From: Candidatus Latescibacterota bacterium
GTDB lineage: Bacteria; Latescibacterota; UBA2968; UBA8231
Direction: 5' to 3'
Length of the DNA: 64,000 nt
NCBI GenBank assembly: GCA_963422735.1
Contig: OY730476.1
Location: 1 to 64,000 of the forward strand
The translations under genes were made by a program, and so were the position numbers. Numbering within the stretch: position 1 is the stretch's first letter; each line of letters opens with the position of its first letter. The notes under the pieces were generated by a model. The model did not search any database and had not been told where the DNA came from. It saw only the letters and a program-made list of their open reading frames with translations. Shown piece after piece: positions 19,295-29,962 of the stretch.

Positions 19295-20989
19295 TCAATC
19301 GGCGTCCGTTTTCCTTCCCACGGCAAAAATCACTGCGACAATCAAGCATAGCCCCACGGCCAAGCCAGTGGTCGGAGACCACAGCAGGGTGCTGCCCAAG
19401 TAGCCGCACAGCCCGGCGATCGTCATCGTAGTCAGGGCGTAGGGTATCTGGGTGCGAACGTGGGCTAAGTGGTCGCAGGCGGCGGCAATGCTGGAGAGGA
19501 CGGTGGTATCGCTGATAGGGGAGCAATGGTCGCCGAAGATCGCGCCGTCCAATACGGCAGCAGCGACGAGGACCGTCAGTTCCAGACCGCCCAAGTCGTA
19601 GGCTACTGGGATCATGGTCGGCAACAGTACGGCCATGGTCGTCCACGAGGTGCCGATGGAAAAGGCGACCACCGCGGCAAGTAGGAAGACGAGGAGGGGG
19701 AGGAAGTGCGGGTCGAGGAAGCCGGAGAGCGCACCGACGATATAGGCCGAAGTCTCGACGGCCTCGCAAGTTTCCTTGATCGCCCAGGCCAAGATCAATA
19801 TTACCAGAGCATAAGAAAAGCCCGCAATGCCGCTCGCCCAAGTCTTGCAGACTTCCACTAGGCCAAGCGGGCGTCTAGGGCTTGCTTCCTCTCGGCGGGT
19901 TAGGGCCAAGACCGCTGCTAATGCCGAGCCGGCTAAGGCGGATAGGAACATCACTTTGGCTGCGTCGGCGTGGGCGAAAACTTGGGTCCAGTAGAGCCGT
20001 GCGAAAAAGCCGTGCTCGGCGCGGGCAGCCGCCACGGCCGGTGCTTGGCTGGCGTCTAGGTGCATCCCGCCGAGTACGCTAACGACGACGAGGAGGACGG
20101 GACCTACGGCCACAGCCCAATGGGCGCGGAGGCCGGGGTGCTCGGGGAGCTGGGAGGCGTCGCCGGTCATCGGGCGGTCTCCCGGCGCGAGGACTTGGCC
20201 CGCTCGCCGGGCGCGGTGCTCGGCTTTGAGCATGGGGCCAAAATCGCGGCCGGCGACGGTAGAGCACAGCACGAAGGTCAGGGTTAGCAGGCAGTAGAAG
20301 CGGGCCGGTAGGGCGCGGAAGAACAGTTCGTAGCCGGAGATACCAGCACCGACTTGCTCCATCGCGCTGTCGAACAGACCCACCTCAAAACCGATCCAGG
20401 TACTGACGAAGGCGATGCCGGCCACGGGAGCAGCGGTGGAATCGACGAGAAAGGCCAGCTTTTCGCGCGAGATGCGAAAGCGATCGGCAATGGGGCGCAT
20501 GGTGGTGCCAACGACGAGCGTGTTGGCGTAATCGTCGAAGAAGACAGCTAGCCCCAAGAGCGCGGTGGCCAGCCGGGCCGAGCGCACACCCGCGGCCCGG
20601 GCGACTAACAGGTCGGCGATGCCGCGAGTGCCGCCGGCCAGCGAGATGACGCGGACCATGCCGATGAGGGAGGCGGTGAAGCCGAGGATGAAGAGTTGGA
20701 AGGAGTCGCGTAGCGGAGTCCAGACAAAATCTAGGAGGGCGCGCTCTAAGCCGCGGAACGGGATCGCGTAGAGTGGGACGTCTGCCGGTAGGGAAATGAG
20801 CGCACCGCTGACGATTGCCAACCCTAGTCCCAAGATCAGGCGACCAGTGGCGATGGCGACGAGGATGGCACAGGCGGGCGGAAAGAGACTCAGCCCGCTC
20901 GTTGCGCCTTGATCGGGCAGGAGCAGTGCGCCGAGCAGGGCCGCGCCGAGCGCTATCGGCAAGCGGAGAAAGGGAAAGGCGGAGCGCAC
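19295..20989 (-). CDS. Na+/H+ antiporter NhaC family
   Basis: FFDDYAN, SREKLAFLVDSTAAP, GTSWTT, FGDHCSPISDTT, HVRTQ.PY. Confidence 0.9.
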   Translation of the reverse strand: MRSAFPFLRLPIALGAALLGALLLPDQGATSGLSLFPPACAILVAIATGRLILGLGLAIVSGALISLPADVPLYAIPFRGLERALLDFVWTPLRDSFQLFILGFTASLIGMVRVISLAGGTRGIADLLVARAAGVRSARLATALLGLAVFFDDYANTLVVGTTMRPIADRFRISREKLAFLVDSTAAPVAGIAFVSTWIGFEVGLFDSAMEQVGAGISGYELFFRALPARFYCLLTLTFVLCSTVAGRDFGPMLKAEHRARRAGQVLAPGDRPMTGDASQLPEHPGLRAHWAVAVGPVLLVVVSVLGGMHLDASQAPAVAAARAEHGFFARLYWTQVFAHADAAKVMFLSALAGSALAAVLALTRREEASPRRPLGLVEVCKTWASGIAGFSYALVILILAWAIKETCEAVETSAYIVGALSGFLDPHFLPLLVFLLAAVVAFSIGTSWTTMAVLLPTMIPVAYDLGGLELTVLVAAAVLDGAIFGDHCSPISDTTVLSSIAAACDHLAHVRTQIPYALTTMTIAGLCGYLGSTLLWSPTTGLAVGLCLIVAVIFAVGRKTDAD

Positions 20990-20990
20990 C

Positions 20991-22865
20991 TTAGGCGTCT
21001 TGTGGCGGAGATTCGACCTCGCGGGCGGGGACGGTGGACATTTCCAGCTTAAAGGCCAGCAAATACATCATAAAACAGCCGATGATCCACCAAGCGATCT
21101 GCCATACCCACAGTGAGGGGATGCCCAAGGGCCAATGGGCGGGATCGGTCTGATTGCCGAGGACGGCAAAGGGGCCGATGGCGCAGAAGAACCAAACTAC
21201 CGTCAGAATCCAGACCGGCGTTTTCCATTTCTTTTTGGCCTCGGGCAGGGCCGTGTGCTCTTTGAGGAAGTGGTGATAGCGATCGCGGTGAGTCAGATGG
21301 CTGGCTTCCTTGGGCTGGGTGAAAAAACTGACGACAACGACAATACCCATATTAAAGAGGATGCCCCAACCGGCGCTGTGGAGTGTGAGCGGATAGCGGC
21401 CAATGCCGATGAGGCCGCCCAGTTCAGTTATATAGGTAAAGGTAACGGCGATGAGGCCGGCGATGAGGCCGGCGACGATGGCCTTGGGAGTGAAGAAGCG
21501 GATGTAGCAGATGCCCAGCAGTGCCGGCCACATCTGGAAGCCATAAGAAACGGCCAACCCCCCCAGCAAGACGAGCAGGTCGCCAGAAGCCAAGCCGACT
21601 AGTAGAGCTAGGCTGACGACGATGGCCACGCTCAAACGACCGACAAAGACCTGAGCCGAATGCGATGCCTGTTTGTTGAAGAAATGGCGGTAGAGGTCTC
21701 GGGTGATAATGCCGCTGGCCGTGGACATATAGGCGGCACCGGTCGATTGCATCGCGGCTAGTGCGCAAACGGCCAAAAGCCCCAAGAGAAAGGGAAAGCT
21801 GTCGGCTAAGGTGTCGATCAGGTAGGGAACCAAGTGGTCGGATGCTGGCAAGCCGAGGGGTTTAGTCTCCGGGACCAGTTCCATATCGAGGAGCCGGACG
21901 CCCAAGCCTTGGAAGGCGGTGAAGAAGAACAAGATGCCGCCGATGATTAGGGAAGAGGCGAAAACCTGTTGCCAGGGAAAAGGCCGAGGATCGCGGTTGG
22001 CAAAGGCCCACATCGAAAAGGCCGGTGCCGACTGGATGCCCATTAAGGCGAACATATAGGTCAGGATCATCAGGCCGGTCCAAGGGCCGCCGGTGCTATC
22101 GAAGAACAGGGTGCCGACCCGTTCGAGGAAGGAGTCCGACTCCGGTCGGGTTGGAATGGCGACCATATCGGGTTTTTGCTGGGCGAGGGCGACCAACCCC
22201 CCCTTGAAGGCCGTCCAGCCGCCGACCAAGTCAAGGGCAATAAAGCCGAGGACGACGATACCGAAAGCGAGGAGGATGCACTGGACGCAGTCCACATAGG
22301 CGACCGAGCGCAACCCGCCGGATGCTACGTAGATAAAGACGATGACCGAAAGCACAATCGCCCCGCCCTCGACAGAGCCAATGAAGCTGCCTTCGAGCGG
22401 AGTGCCGGTCGTCAGGCGGTTGAAAAGCAAGCCCGATGCCTTGAGCTGGATGCCGAGATAGGGTACGCTGAATACGAGAGCGACGATAACGGTGAGGAGG
22501 CGCATCGCATCCGTGCGATAGTAGTCGCTGAACATCTCGCCCGGCGTGATATAGCCGAAGCGCTGGCCCAAAAGCCACTGTCGCTTGAGGAACAACACCC
22601 CGGTGAAGGGGATGGTGATGGCGTAGAAGGAGGCAAAGGCGTAGGGCAGGCCGACGTTGTAGATGGTGCCGGGGTGGCCGACGAAGGTCCAGCCGCTAAA
22701 GGAGGTGGCGGTGGCGGCCAGCACAAAGACCCACAGGCCAATGCCGCGGCCGGCGATAAAGTAATCCGAGGCCGTCTTAGCCCGGCGGGCACCTTTGATT
22801 CCCCAGAAAACACAGTAAGACCAGTAGCCGACGGTAAAGACCAGTAGCCAGACCAGTTTTTCCAT
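20991..22865 (-). CDS. Sodium:solute symporter
   Basis: DYFIAGR, ATSFSGWTF, GGLRSVAYVD.VQ, AAMQST. Confidence 0.92.
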   Translation of the reverse strand: MEKLVWLLVFTVGYWSYCVFWGIKGARRAKTASDYFIAGRGIGLWVFVLAATATSFSGWTFVGHPGTIYNVGLPYAFASFYAITIPFTGVLFLKRQWLLGQRFGYITPGEMFSDYYRTDAMRLLTVIVALVFSVPYLGIQLKASGLLFNRLTTGTPLEGSFIGSVEGGAIVLSVIVFIYVASGGLRSVAYVDCVQCILLAFGIVVLGFIALDLVGGWTAFKGGLVALAQQKPDMVAIPTRPESDSFLERVGTLFFDSTGGPWTGLMILTYMFALMGIQSAPAFSMWAFANRDPRPFPWQQVFASSLIIGGILFFFTAFQGLGVRLLDMELVPETKPLGLPASDHLVPYLIDTLADSFPFLLGLLAVCALAAMQSTGAAYMSTASGIITRDLYRHFFNKQASHSAQVFVGRLSVAIVVSLALLVGLASGDLLVLLGGLAVSYGFQMWPALLGICYIRFFTPKAIVAGLIAGLIAVTFTYITELGGLIGIGRYPLTLHSAGWGILFNMGIVVVVSFFTQPKEASHLTHRDRYHHFLKEHTALPEAKKKWKTPVWILTVVWFFCAIGPFAVLGNQTDPAHWPLGIPSLWVWQIAWWIIGCFMMYLLAFKLEMSTVPAREVESPPQDA

Positions 22866-22880
22866 ATAATTGCGCCAGCG

Positions 22881-23786
22881 CTAGTCGGAAAGCCCCAAGT
22901 CGAAGACCACGTTGGTGATCTTCCACGAGCCGGAGCGGCGGCTCAGCGTCCAGAACACATAGCGTTCCTTGTGGTGTTTGGCCGGTCCTTTGACGTGCTC
23001 GACGGCCACTTTCTCGTGCGTGACGGCCAATGCTTCGTCGCCGGCAGGGCCTACGGCCGTGTGGAGTACTTTGCGGTCGAGGTCGTACTGCACGTAGGGC
23101 AGCCGCTTGTCGAGCCACTTTTCCAGTTCCTCGCTGCCGCTGAGGGCGATTTTGTAGGAGGCCGGTTTGAAAGTGCCCAAGGCGTTGTAGCCAGTGAAGT
23201 TTGCATCGAAGAAGCCGAGGATGCCGCTGCCTGCTTCCCACGCTTGGCTTTCGCGCTGCAACAGTTCGGCGATCTCGCCGTTGGCGGGTGAGCCAGCTGC
23301 GGGCAAGAGCGTGTCGCCCAAATCCGCGACCATGGCCGTGGCCCGCCAGTCCTCCTCCTTGAGAAAGGTCCAGAAGCGGTGGACGGTCACCAGCGTAGCC
23401 TCGCTAGTCTGGCGATCGACGACGCGCCCGGAGTCTAAGCTGGTGGCAATGGCGTGGGTTGCACGCACCGCGATAAAGGGAACCGTGCGCGTGATCTCGT
23501 AGCGCCGGGCGTTGAGATCCACAGCTAGCTGGTCGGCGAACGCATCGCGGTTTTCGTGCAGGACCGTCCAAGCGCGGGGATCGCCGTTGGCATGGCCCTG
23601 ATAGGCAACGAAGTTCGGGTGGTACGCCTTGAGGGCCAGCTCGGCATCGGCCCGGCGATACCCAGAGATGTCATTGGCGAGAGCTTGGCGGATGAGGAGG
23701 GTCTCGGGCGTTTCGCCGGCGCGGCTGGGCGCGGCAAACGGCGGCAGGGCCAAAAGGACGAACAATAGGCTGATTGCATTTTGCAT
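22881..23786 (-). CDS. Exported protein with two NTF2/SnoaL-like domains
   Basis: Signal peptide; two halves ending FWTFLKE..W and FWTLSRRSGSWKI. Confidence 0.65.
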   Translation of the reverse strand: MQNAISLLFVLLALPPFAAPSRAGETPETLLIRQALANDISGYRRADAELALKAYHPNFVAYQGHANGDPRAWTVLHENRDAFADQLAVDLNARRYEITRTVPFIAVRATHAIATSLDSGRVVDRQTSEATLVTVHRFWTFLKEEDWRATAMVADLGDTLLPAAGSPANGEIAELLQRESQAWEAGSGILGFFDANFTGYNALGTFKPASYKIALSGSEELEKWLDKRLPYVQYDLDRKVLHTAVGPAGDEALAVTHEKVAVEHVKGPAKHHKERYVFWTLSRRSGSWKITNVVFDLGLSD

Positions 23787-23806
23787 GGCGCAAGAAGGGG
23801 TTAGAG

Positions 23807-25021
23807 TCAACTCGATCCGAGTTGACCCAAGGCCCACTCGGCGTAGTAGGAAACAGTGGCGTCGCTGTCGCGGCGCAATTTTTCTAGCTGGGCGCGGCTT
23901 TGGTCGCCGCCGATTTGGCCAAGGGCAATGGCAGCATTGGTGCGCACATCGGCGACCTCGTCCATAGTGGCCGCCAGCAGGGCGCTGAGGGCAGACTGCA
24001 CTCGCGCTTGGCCCAAGACTTGGGCCGCGCCCGCGCGGGCGAGCGGATCCGCGGCCTTGAGGGCGGCTATGAGTTGGGCTTCGACCGCGCCGGATTGTTG
24101 CTGGACGCGGGTGAGGAACTTGACGGCATTGGCGCGGAGGATGGAGTCGGTATTGCGCAGGGCCTCAAAGAGGAACTCAATGCCTTGGCTGCGCCCCATG
24201 GTGGCCAGGGCGGCCGCCGTGCTAAAGCGCACTTGATTGCTGGGGTCTGTCAGCAGGTCGGCGAGGGCGGCTGCCGCGCCTTCGTCGCCGATGTAGCCGA
24301 GGGCTTGCGCGGCGCGCTGGCGGTGGACTGGCTCTTCGGCCTCTAGCTGGGCGATGAGCTGATCTTTGACCTTGGCTATCACCGAGCGTAGCTCGCCTTG
24401 GTAAGAGTCAGCGCGGCCACTCAGCTCCACGAGCAGCGAGACGCCGAAGTAGCCGGCTTCCTCTAGCCCTTGCAAGGCGGTTTGGGCTAATTCCGGGTCG
24501 CTGCCGGTTAGGGCCGCTTCGATTTCGCTGGTGCCGAGCTCTTCGTCCATCTTGACCAAGGCAATAGCCGCGTGGATGCGGACGATGGGGTCGGGGTCTT
24601 CAAGCTGGATTTTGGCCGCATCCACACCCTCTTGGATGTAGCCGACTTGGCCCATGGCCCACAGGCAAGCGATGCGCTCGCGGTCGGTGTAAGCGGTTGT
24701 GATCCGATCTTTGAGCGCCGCCGTGGCCCCGCGCGGCTTGATGCGGCCCAACGCTAGGGCGCAACCGATGCGGAGCTTTTCCTGTTCGTCTCGGAACTCG
24801 CGATAGTTCTCGCCGAAATACAGGTCGGGGTTGAGGCGGGCGATGAGCTGGCGGGCGGCCGGCCGGCCAATAGCGGCCAATTCGTCGATAGATTGCTGAT
24901 AGGCAGACGAATCCACCGGGTTAGCGGCCATCTGTTCTAGGAGCTCGACGACCTGCTCTTCGGTGGTGCTACAGGCGCTGAGACCCAATAGAAGGAGGCA
25001 AGTTAGGCGCTTGGCAGTCAT
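23807..25021 (-). CDS. HEAT-repeat lipoprotein
   Basis: Lipobox LSAC; repeated D.DP.VR..AA.ALG units. Confidence 0.85.
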   Translation of the reverse strand: MTAKRLTCLLLLGLSACSTTEEQVVELLEQMAANPVDSSAYQQSIDELAAIGRPAARQLIARLNPDLYFGENYREFRDEQEKLRIGCALALGRIKPRGATAALKDRITTAYTDRERIACLWAMGQVGYIQEGVDAAKIQLEDPDPIVRIHAAIALVKMDEELGTSEIEAALTGSDPELAQTALQGLEEAGYFGVSLLVELSGRADSYQGELRSVIAKVKDQLIAQLEAEEPVHRQRAAQALGYIGDEGAAAALADLLTDPSNQVRFSTAAALATMGRSQGIEFLFEALRNTDSILRANAVKFLTRVQQQSGAVEAQLIAALKAADPLARAGAAQVLGQARVQSALSALLAATMDEVADVRTNAAIALGQIGGDQSRAQLEKLRRDSDATVSYYAEWALGQLGSS

Positions 25022-25082
25022 GGTATATGGGGGGGTTAGAGGTGGCGGAATGCGGATAAGGTAAGCCGTGAGACGCCATAAA

Positions 25083-27332
25083 TCAATTCTTGGGTGCTGC
25101 GCCCGCATCGCTTTCTTGCCGCCCTTTCGCTACGACAAATACCTGAGGCGTCGTCCAAGTCACCGCGCGGTTGGCCAAGCTCTGCTCGAAGAATTTGCGC
25201 ACCTGCCGCAGTTCGCCGGCGTCGAGATGCTGGGTCAGATGCTGGGCGTACGTGTGCCGCTTCTCGCCGCCGGGATTGAACCAGTGCTCGATATAGCGCG
25301 GCTCGATGTGCCGCTGCGACTGGACTGCTTCCACCCGCACCTGCACCGCGCCAAAGCCCGCAGCCTGGAACATCTGTTCGAGATCCGCGGCATCCCAGTT
25401 GACGCGCGGGTTGTCGGGCGTGGCGTAGATGGTCTCTTCGGCGGCGACGAGGTGCTCGCCTAGGTCGCCAAGCCGCTGTAAGTCGAGTAGCTGGTACAGG
25501 CGTTGCGACCGGCGCGAGAGGGTCTCGACCAAGCTGACGCGGCCCTGTGGAGCAAGGTAGCGATGCAGGGCGGCGACGACTTCTTCTTTGTGCGCCAGTG
25601 CGCCGAGGGCATTGCGCCCCACGATGGCGTCAAAGAGGATGTCGGGGTCGCGGGCGGCGATCTGGGCGGCGAGGGTGGCGAGCGGGCCTTGCAGCACTTG
25701 GGGCCGCTCGATCTCGGCTAGGTGGGCGGTGGTTTCGTGCAGGGCCACGGCGGCGATCTTGTCGCTAGTGTGCGCCCAGACGCCGCCTTCGGGTACGCGC
25801 CGCAGGGCTTCCCAAGTGAGCAGACCCGTGCCGGCTTCCAAGTCGAGGACGAGGTGGTGGCGCGCGAGTGTGAACGGGGCGAAGAGGCGTTGGCGCGTGC
25901 GCTCTAGTTGGGTGCCAACGTCGCCGCTGGCGCGCTTGAGCCATTGGTCGCGCGTCTGGTCGGCCGGGGACAGAGACAGCACCTCGGCCGGGGCGGACTC
26001 CGCTTCGATCATGGCGGCGAGCTGTAGCTCGCGGCGTTGGCGGACGCGGTCGCCAATGTCTTTTTCGCGGCCTTGGTCCGAGGGCTGGTAGAAGATGCGG
26101 CCCTGAAGGCCGAAGGGCAGGTACTGCTGGGCAACCCAGTGCTCGCGATAGGCGTGGGGATATAGATAGCCGGCGCCGTGGCCAAAGCCCTCGCTGTCGC
26201 GGCTGGCGTCTTTGAGGTGAGTGGGGACCTCGCCTTCGCGCTCTTTTTCCACGGCCGCCAGCGCGTCGAAAAAGGCCATAGTCGAGTTGCTCTTGGGCGC
26301 GGTGGCCAAGTACAAGGCGGCGTGGGCCAGGGGAAAGCGCCCTTCTGGCAAGCCGATGCGGTCGAAGGATTCAGCAGCGGCTATGACGACTTGGAGGGCG
26401 CGCTCGTCGGCGAGGCCGATGTCCTCGCTGGCAAAGATGAGCATGCGGCGGAAGAGGAAGCGCGGGTCTTCGCCCGCGTACACCATCCGCGCCAGCCAAT
26501 AGAGGGTGGCGTCTGGGTCCGAGCCGCGCATGGACTTGATAAAGGCGCTGATGGTGTCGAAGTGGTAGTCGCCCTCCTTGTCGTAGAGCAGGGCGCGCCG
26601 CTGGATGGACTCCTCGGCCACCGCTAGGTCGATGGCGATCCGCCCTTGGGTGTCTGGATCGGTGGTTTCGACCGCCAACTCTAGGGCGTTGAGTAGGGCG
26701 CGGGCGTCGCCGTTGGCCACGTCGATCAGGTGCGCACGGGCGTCGGGGTGTAGGTTGACGCGGAGATGGCCGTAGCCACGCGAGTCGGTAAGTGCCTGTT
26801 GGGCGATGTGCGCGAGGGCTTCGGAACTAAGGCCCTGGAGTTGAAAGACTCGGCTGCGCGAGAGTAGGGGGCGGTTGACCGAGAAGTATGGATTCTCGGT
26901 GGTCGCGCCGATGAGGATGATGGTGCCGTTTTCAACCCAAGGCAGGAGCGCGTCTTGCTGGGCCTTGTTGAAGCGGTGGACCTCGTCGATGAAGAGGATG
27001 GTTTTACGGCTGTGCAGCTTGCACAACTGGCCGGCCTCATCGACGGCTTGGCGAATGTCGGAGACCCCGGCCAAAACGGCGTTGATGGAGATAAAATGCG
27101 CACGGGTGGTGTGGGCAATGACCGCGGCGAGCGTGGTTTTGCCTGTGCCGGGCGGCCCGTAGAAAATCAGCGAGGAGAGTTGGTCGGCCTCAATGGCGCG
27201 TCGCAGCAAGCGGCCCGGCCCGAGAATGTGGTCTTGGCCGACGTATTCGTCTAAGGTGCGTGGTCGCAGGCGAGCGGCTAGGGGTTGATCCGCCGCTTGG
27301 CGATCCCGCAGTCCGGCGTCGAAGAGATCCAT
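25083..27332 (-). CDS. rarA: Replication-associated recombination protein A with C-terminal SAM-methyltransferase-like extension
   Basis: [53 protein letters not shown]-terminal [11 protein letters not shown]. Confidence 0.92.
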   Translation of the reverse strand: MDLFDAGLRDRQAADQPLAARLRPRTLDEYVGQDHILGPGRLLRRAIEADQLSSLIFYGPPGTGKTTLAAVIAHTTRAHFISINAVLAGVSDIRQAVDEAGQLCKLHSRKTILFIDEVHRFNKAQQDALLPWVENGTIILIGATTENPYFSVNRPLLSRSRVFQLQGLSSEALAHIAQQALTDSRGYGHLRVNLHPDARAHLIDVANGDARALLNALELAVETTDPDTQGRIAIDLAVAEESIQRRALLYDKEGDYHFDTISAFIKSMRGSDPDATLYWLARMVYAGEDPRFLFRRMLIFASEDIGLADERALQVVIAAAESFDRIGLPEGRFPLAHAALYLATAPKSNSTMAFFDALAAVEKEREGEVPTHLKDASRDSEGFGHGAGYLYPHAYREHWVAQQYLPFGLQGRIFYQPSDQGREKDIGDRVRQRRELQLAAMIEAESAPAEVLSLSPADQTRDQWLKRASGDVGTQLERTRQRLFAPFTLARHHLVLDLEAGTGLLTWEALRRVPEGGVWAHTSDKIAAVALHETTAHLAEIERPQVLQGPLATLAAQIAARDPDILFDAIVGRNALGALAHKEEVVAALHRYLAPQGRVSLVETLSRRSQRLYQLLDLQRLGDLGEHLVAAEETIYATPDNPRVNWDAADLEQMFQAAGFGAVQVRVEAVQSQRHIEPRYIEHWFNPGGEKRHTYAQHLTQHLDAGELRQVRKFFEQSLANRAVTWTTPQVFVVAKGRQESDAGAAPKN

Positions 27333-27342
27333 GTTTGTACCT

Positions 27343-27706
27343 CAGTGGTCAGTGGTTAGTGGTCAGTGGTCAGTGGTTAGTGGTCAGTGGTTAGTGGTCA
27401 GTGGTTAGGGGTTAGTGGTCAGTGGTTAGTGGTTAGTGGTTAGTGGTTAGTGGTTAGTGGTTAGTGGTTAGTGGTTAGTGGTTAGTGGTTAGTGGTTAGT
27501 GGTCAGTGGTCAGTGGTTAGTGGTTAGTGGTTAGTGGTTAGTGGTTAGTGGTCAGTGGTCAGGGGTTAGGGGTTAGTGGTCAGTGGTTAGTGGTTAGTGG
27601 TCAGGGGTTAGTGGTTAGTGGTTAGTGGTCAGTGGTTAGTAGTCAGTGGTTAGTGGTTAGTTTCCGTACCGCGCCTGCTGGAGAGGGACCAACCACTGAC
27701 CACTGA
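27343..27706. repeat. ~45-unit heptamer array (GTGGTTA/GTGGTCA/GGGGTTA) plus short inverted arm
   Basis: Tandem array 27343-27661; complementary CCAACCACTGACCACTGA at ~27690-27706. Confidence 0.97.
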
Positions 27707-27841
27707 TACCGCACGGGAATTTGAGAACAATTCTTTAAGAACATAACGACTTAATTGAACCGCGTGGACTCCTTCGCACGTAGCGGCTAGGCCATCTCTT
27801 CTTTATGTTCTGAGGACGCAGTTTTACGCTGGAGAAGCCAT

Positions 27842-28963
27842 GTGAAAATTACCCATTTGGAACTGCATTCGGTGGTAGCGTCGCACCGAGGCAATTGGCT
27901 CTTCGTCCAAGTCCACACCGACGCCGGGTTGAGCGGGCTGGGCGAAGCGAGCCAGAGCGGCAACGACGGTTTAGTCGCGGCCGCGCTGGAACAATTGGGG
28001 CCTCGGTTGGTGGGCGCGGATCCGACCCAAGTAGAGGTAGTGTGGGAACAAATGGCGCGGGGCGCGGCCATTTTCTCGGGCGACACCGGTCGCGTTGGAG
28101 CCACGGCACGGAGCGCGATTGACCAAGCGTTGTGGGATTTGGCTGGCAAGGCGCTCGGGGTGCCGGCTTGGCGCTTGCTGGGCGGCAAGCGGCGCGACTC
28201 CGTGCGATTGTACGCCAATCTCAATCGCGGTACCCGCGACCGTAGCCCACAGGGGTTTGCCGATGCGGCGCGCCGAGCGGTCGACGCGGGCTTCAGCGCT
28301 GTCAAGAGCACGCCCTTTGACGAGGTGCATTGGCGGCGGATGGACCGCGGTGGGGTTGAACGCGACGCGGACAAAGGAATCGCGCGGCTCGTGGCCACGC
28401 GGGAGGCCATTGGCGGCGAAATCGAGCTGTTGGTCGATTGCCATCAGCGCTTTGACTTGGCCTTGGCTTTTAAGGTGGCCGAAAAGGTGCGCCCACTCGA
28501 TCTTTACTGGTTTGAGGAGCCGGTGCCGCGCGACCAAGTCGATGCGCTGCGCCAGTTGCGGCTGCACTCGGGCCAGACTATTGCCGGGGGAGAGTCGCTC
28601 ATAGGCCGCGAGGGCTTTTGGCCCTACATCGCCCAAGGAGCAGTGGATGTGCTGATGCCAGATGTCAAACACGCCGGTGGCATTACCGAATGCCGGCGCA
28701 TTGCCGCGCTGGCCGAGGTAGCGCAGATGCCGATTGCACCCCATAGCCCGGCCGGTCCGGTATCGACGATGGCCGGGGTGCATTTGGCGGCGACCATTGC
28801 CAACTTCACGGTGCTCGAATTCGCGTTTGGCGAGGTGGATTGGCGCGGCGAGTTGGTGCGTCCGGCAGAAACCATAATAGACGGCCACATCCGGGTGCCC
28901 AATGCGCCTGGCTTGGGAATTGAACTCGACGAAGCGGTGCTCATGGCGCACCGGGTGCCATAA
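27842..28963 (+). CDS. Mandelate racemase/enolase-superfamily acid-sugar dehydratase (DgoD-like)
   Basis: SAIDQALWDL.GKALG.P, VDCH, WFEEP, AGGE, MPD..HAGGI, APHSP. Confidence 0.88.
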   Translation: MKITHLELHSVVASHRGNWLFVQVHTDAGLSGLGEASQSGNDGLVAAALEQLGPRLVGADPTQVEVVWEQMARGAAIFSGDTGRVGATARSAIDQALWDLAGKALGVPAWRLLGGKRRDSVRLYANLNRGTRDRSPQGFADAARRAVDAGFSAVKSTPFDEVHWRRMDRGGVERDADKGIARLVATREAIGGEIELLVDCHQRFDLALAFKVAEKVRPLDLYWFEEPVPRDQVDALRQLRLHSGQTIAGGESLIGREGFWPYIAQGAVDVLMPDVKHAGGITECRRIAALAEVAQMPIAPHSPAGPVSTMAGVHLAATIANFTVLEFAFGEVDWRGELVRPAETIIDGHIRVPNAPGLGIELDEAVLMAHRVP

Positions 28964-29569
28964 ATGTTCTGTCGGCTCGAACAAGCAATCGCGGATTTCC
29001 GCGCTGGAAAATTCCTAGTCTTAGTGGATGCACGCGATCGGGAAGACGAAGGCGATCTGATCGTGGCCGCCGAATACGTTTCGGGTGCCGCGATCAATCA
29101 AATGCTCAAAGAGGCTCGTGGCATGCTGCACCTAGCCACGACCGAGGGCCATCTGGCGCGGCTCGGCGTCGGACTGATTGAGCCGCACAACGCCGACTGG
29201 ACGACTCCACGCTTTGGGCTGCCGTTTGACGCGCTAGAGGGGATTGGAACCGGCGTCTCGGCTGAAGACCGCGCCACGTCCATCCGGCGTGCGCTCCAGC
29301 CAGATACCGGCCCCGACGATATTGTTATCCCTGGGCACGTGTTGCCCTTAGCCGCTCGCCCAGAAGGGTTGCTCAGTCGCCAAGGGCACACCGAGGGCGC
29401 GGTAGAGTTGGCCCGTCAGGCCGAACTCTTTCCGGCGGCGGTGATGTCCGAAGTGATGGCCCCCGACGGTGCAATGGCCAAGGGCCAGCAGCTAGTGGAC
29501 TTTGCCCGCCGCTTGAGTTGCCGCTTAATCGACATCGAGCAAATCCACCAAGCCGTGCTGCACGGGTGA
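28964..29569 (+). CDS. ribB: 3,4-dihydroxy-2-butanone-4-phosphate synthase (divergent)
   Basis: DREDEGD, GVSAEDRA, PGHVLPL, RQGHTE. Confidence 0.8.
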   Translation: MFCRLEQAIADFRAGKFLVLVDARDREDEGDLIVAAEYVSGAAINQMLKEARGMLHLATTEGHLARLGVGLIEPHNADWTTPRFGLPFDALEGIGTGVSAEDRATSIRRALQPDTGPDDIVIPGHVLPLAARPEGLLSRQGHTEGAVELARQAELFPAAVMSEVMAPDGAMAKGQQLVDFARRLSCRLIDIEQIHQAVLHG

Positions 29570-29571
29570 TG

Positions 29572-29935
29572 TTGGGAATGTAAGAATTAGGAATTGACGT
29601 TAGGCAATCGGGACGAACCGGGAACGGTTGGGTCCATTCGCAATTCGCAACTGATGTTGTGCAATGTGTAAGGCCGTCGCGGCTCCGGTGTTATGCCTTA
29701 AAGATGCAGGGGCAGGCTCTGCGAAAGTAGGCATCCAGAACTGCCCGTTTGAGGCCCGGGCGTTAGGCTGGATTCCCGCTTTCGCGGGAATGACCGCGCG
29801 GGCAACGGGGCCACCGGTCGCAAGCGGCAGACGCGGCATCAGAGCCTGCCCCCTTGTTTACACAGGGCAAGCTCTGCGAAGGCAGGGGCTGCGTAACATC
29901 AGTTCGTAGTTCTCCATTCTCTACTCCTCCCAACC
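29572..29935. repeat. Cluster of REP-like palindromes and degenerate heptamers
   Basis: ATTCCCGC-TTTC-GCGGGAAT hairpin 29772-29791; GGGGCAGGCTCTG/CAGAGCCTGCCCC inverted pair; AATTAGG/AATTCGC-type units. Confidence 0.7.
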
Positions 29936-29962
29936 TCCCCTTATCTCTCCTTGGAGGTTTCC

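Noticed and set aside
27343-27661. CRISPR array or telomere
   Set aside because: Pure 7-nt tandem units with no unique spacers and no cas genes; internal location between ordinary genes
27971-28984. 337-aa antisense ORF
   Set aside because: Shadow of the dehydratase gene in GC-rich DNA; no motifs
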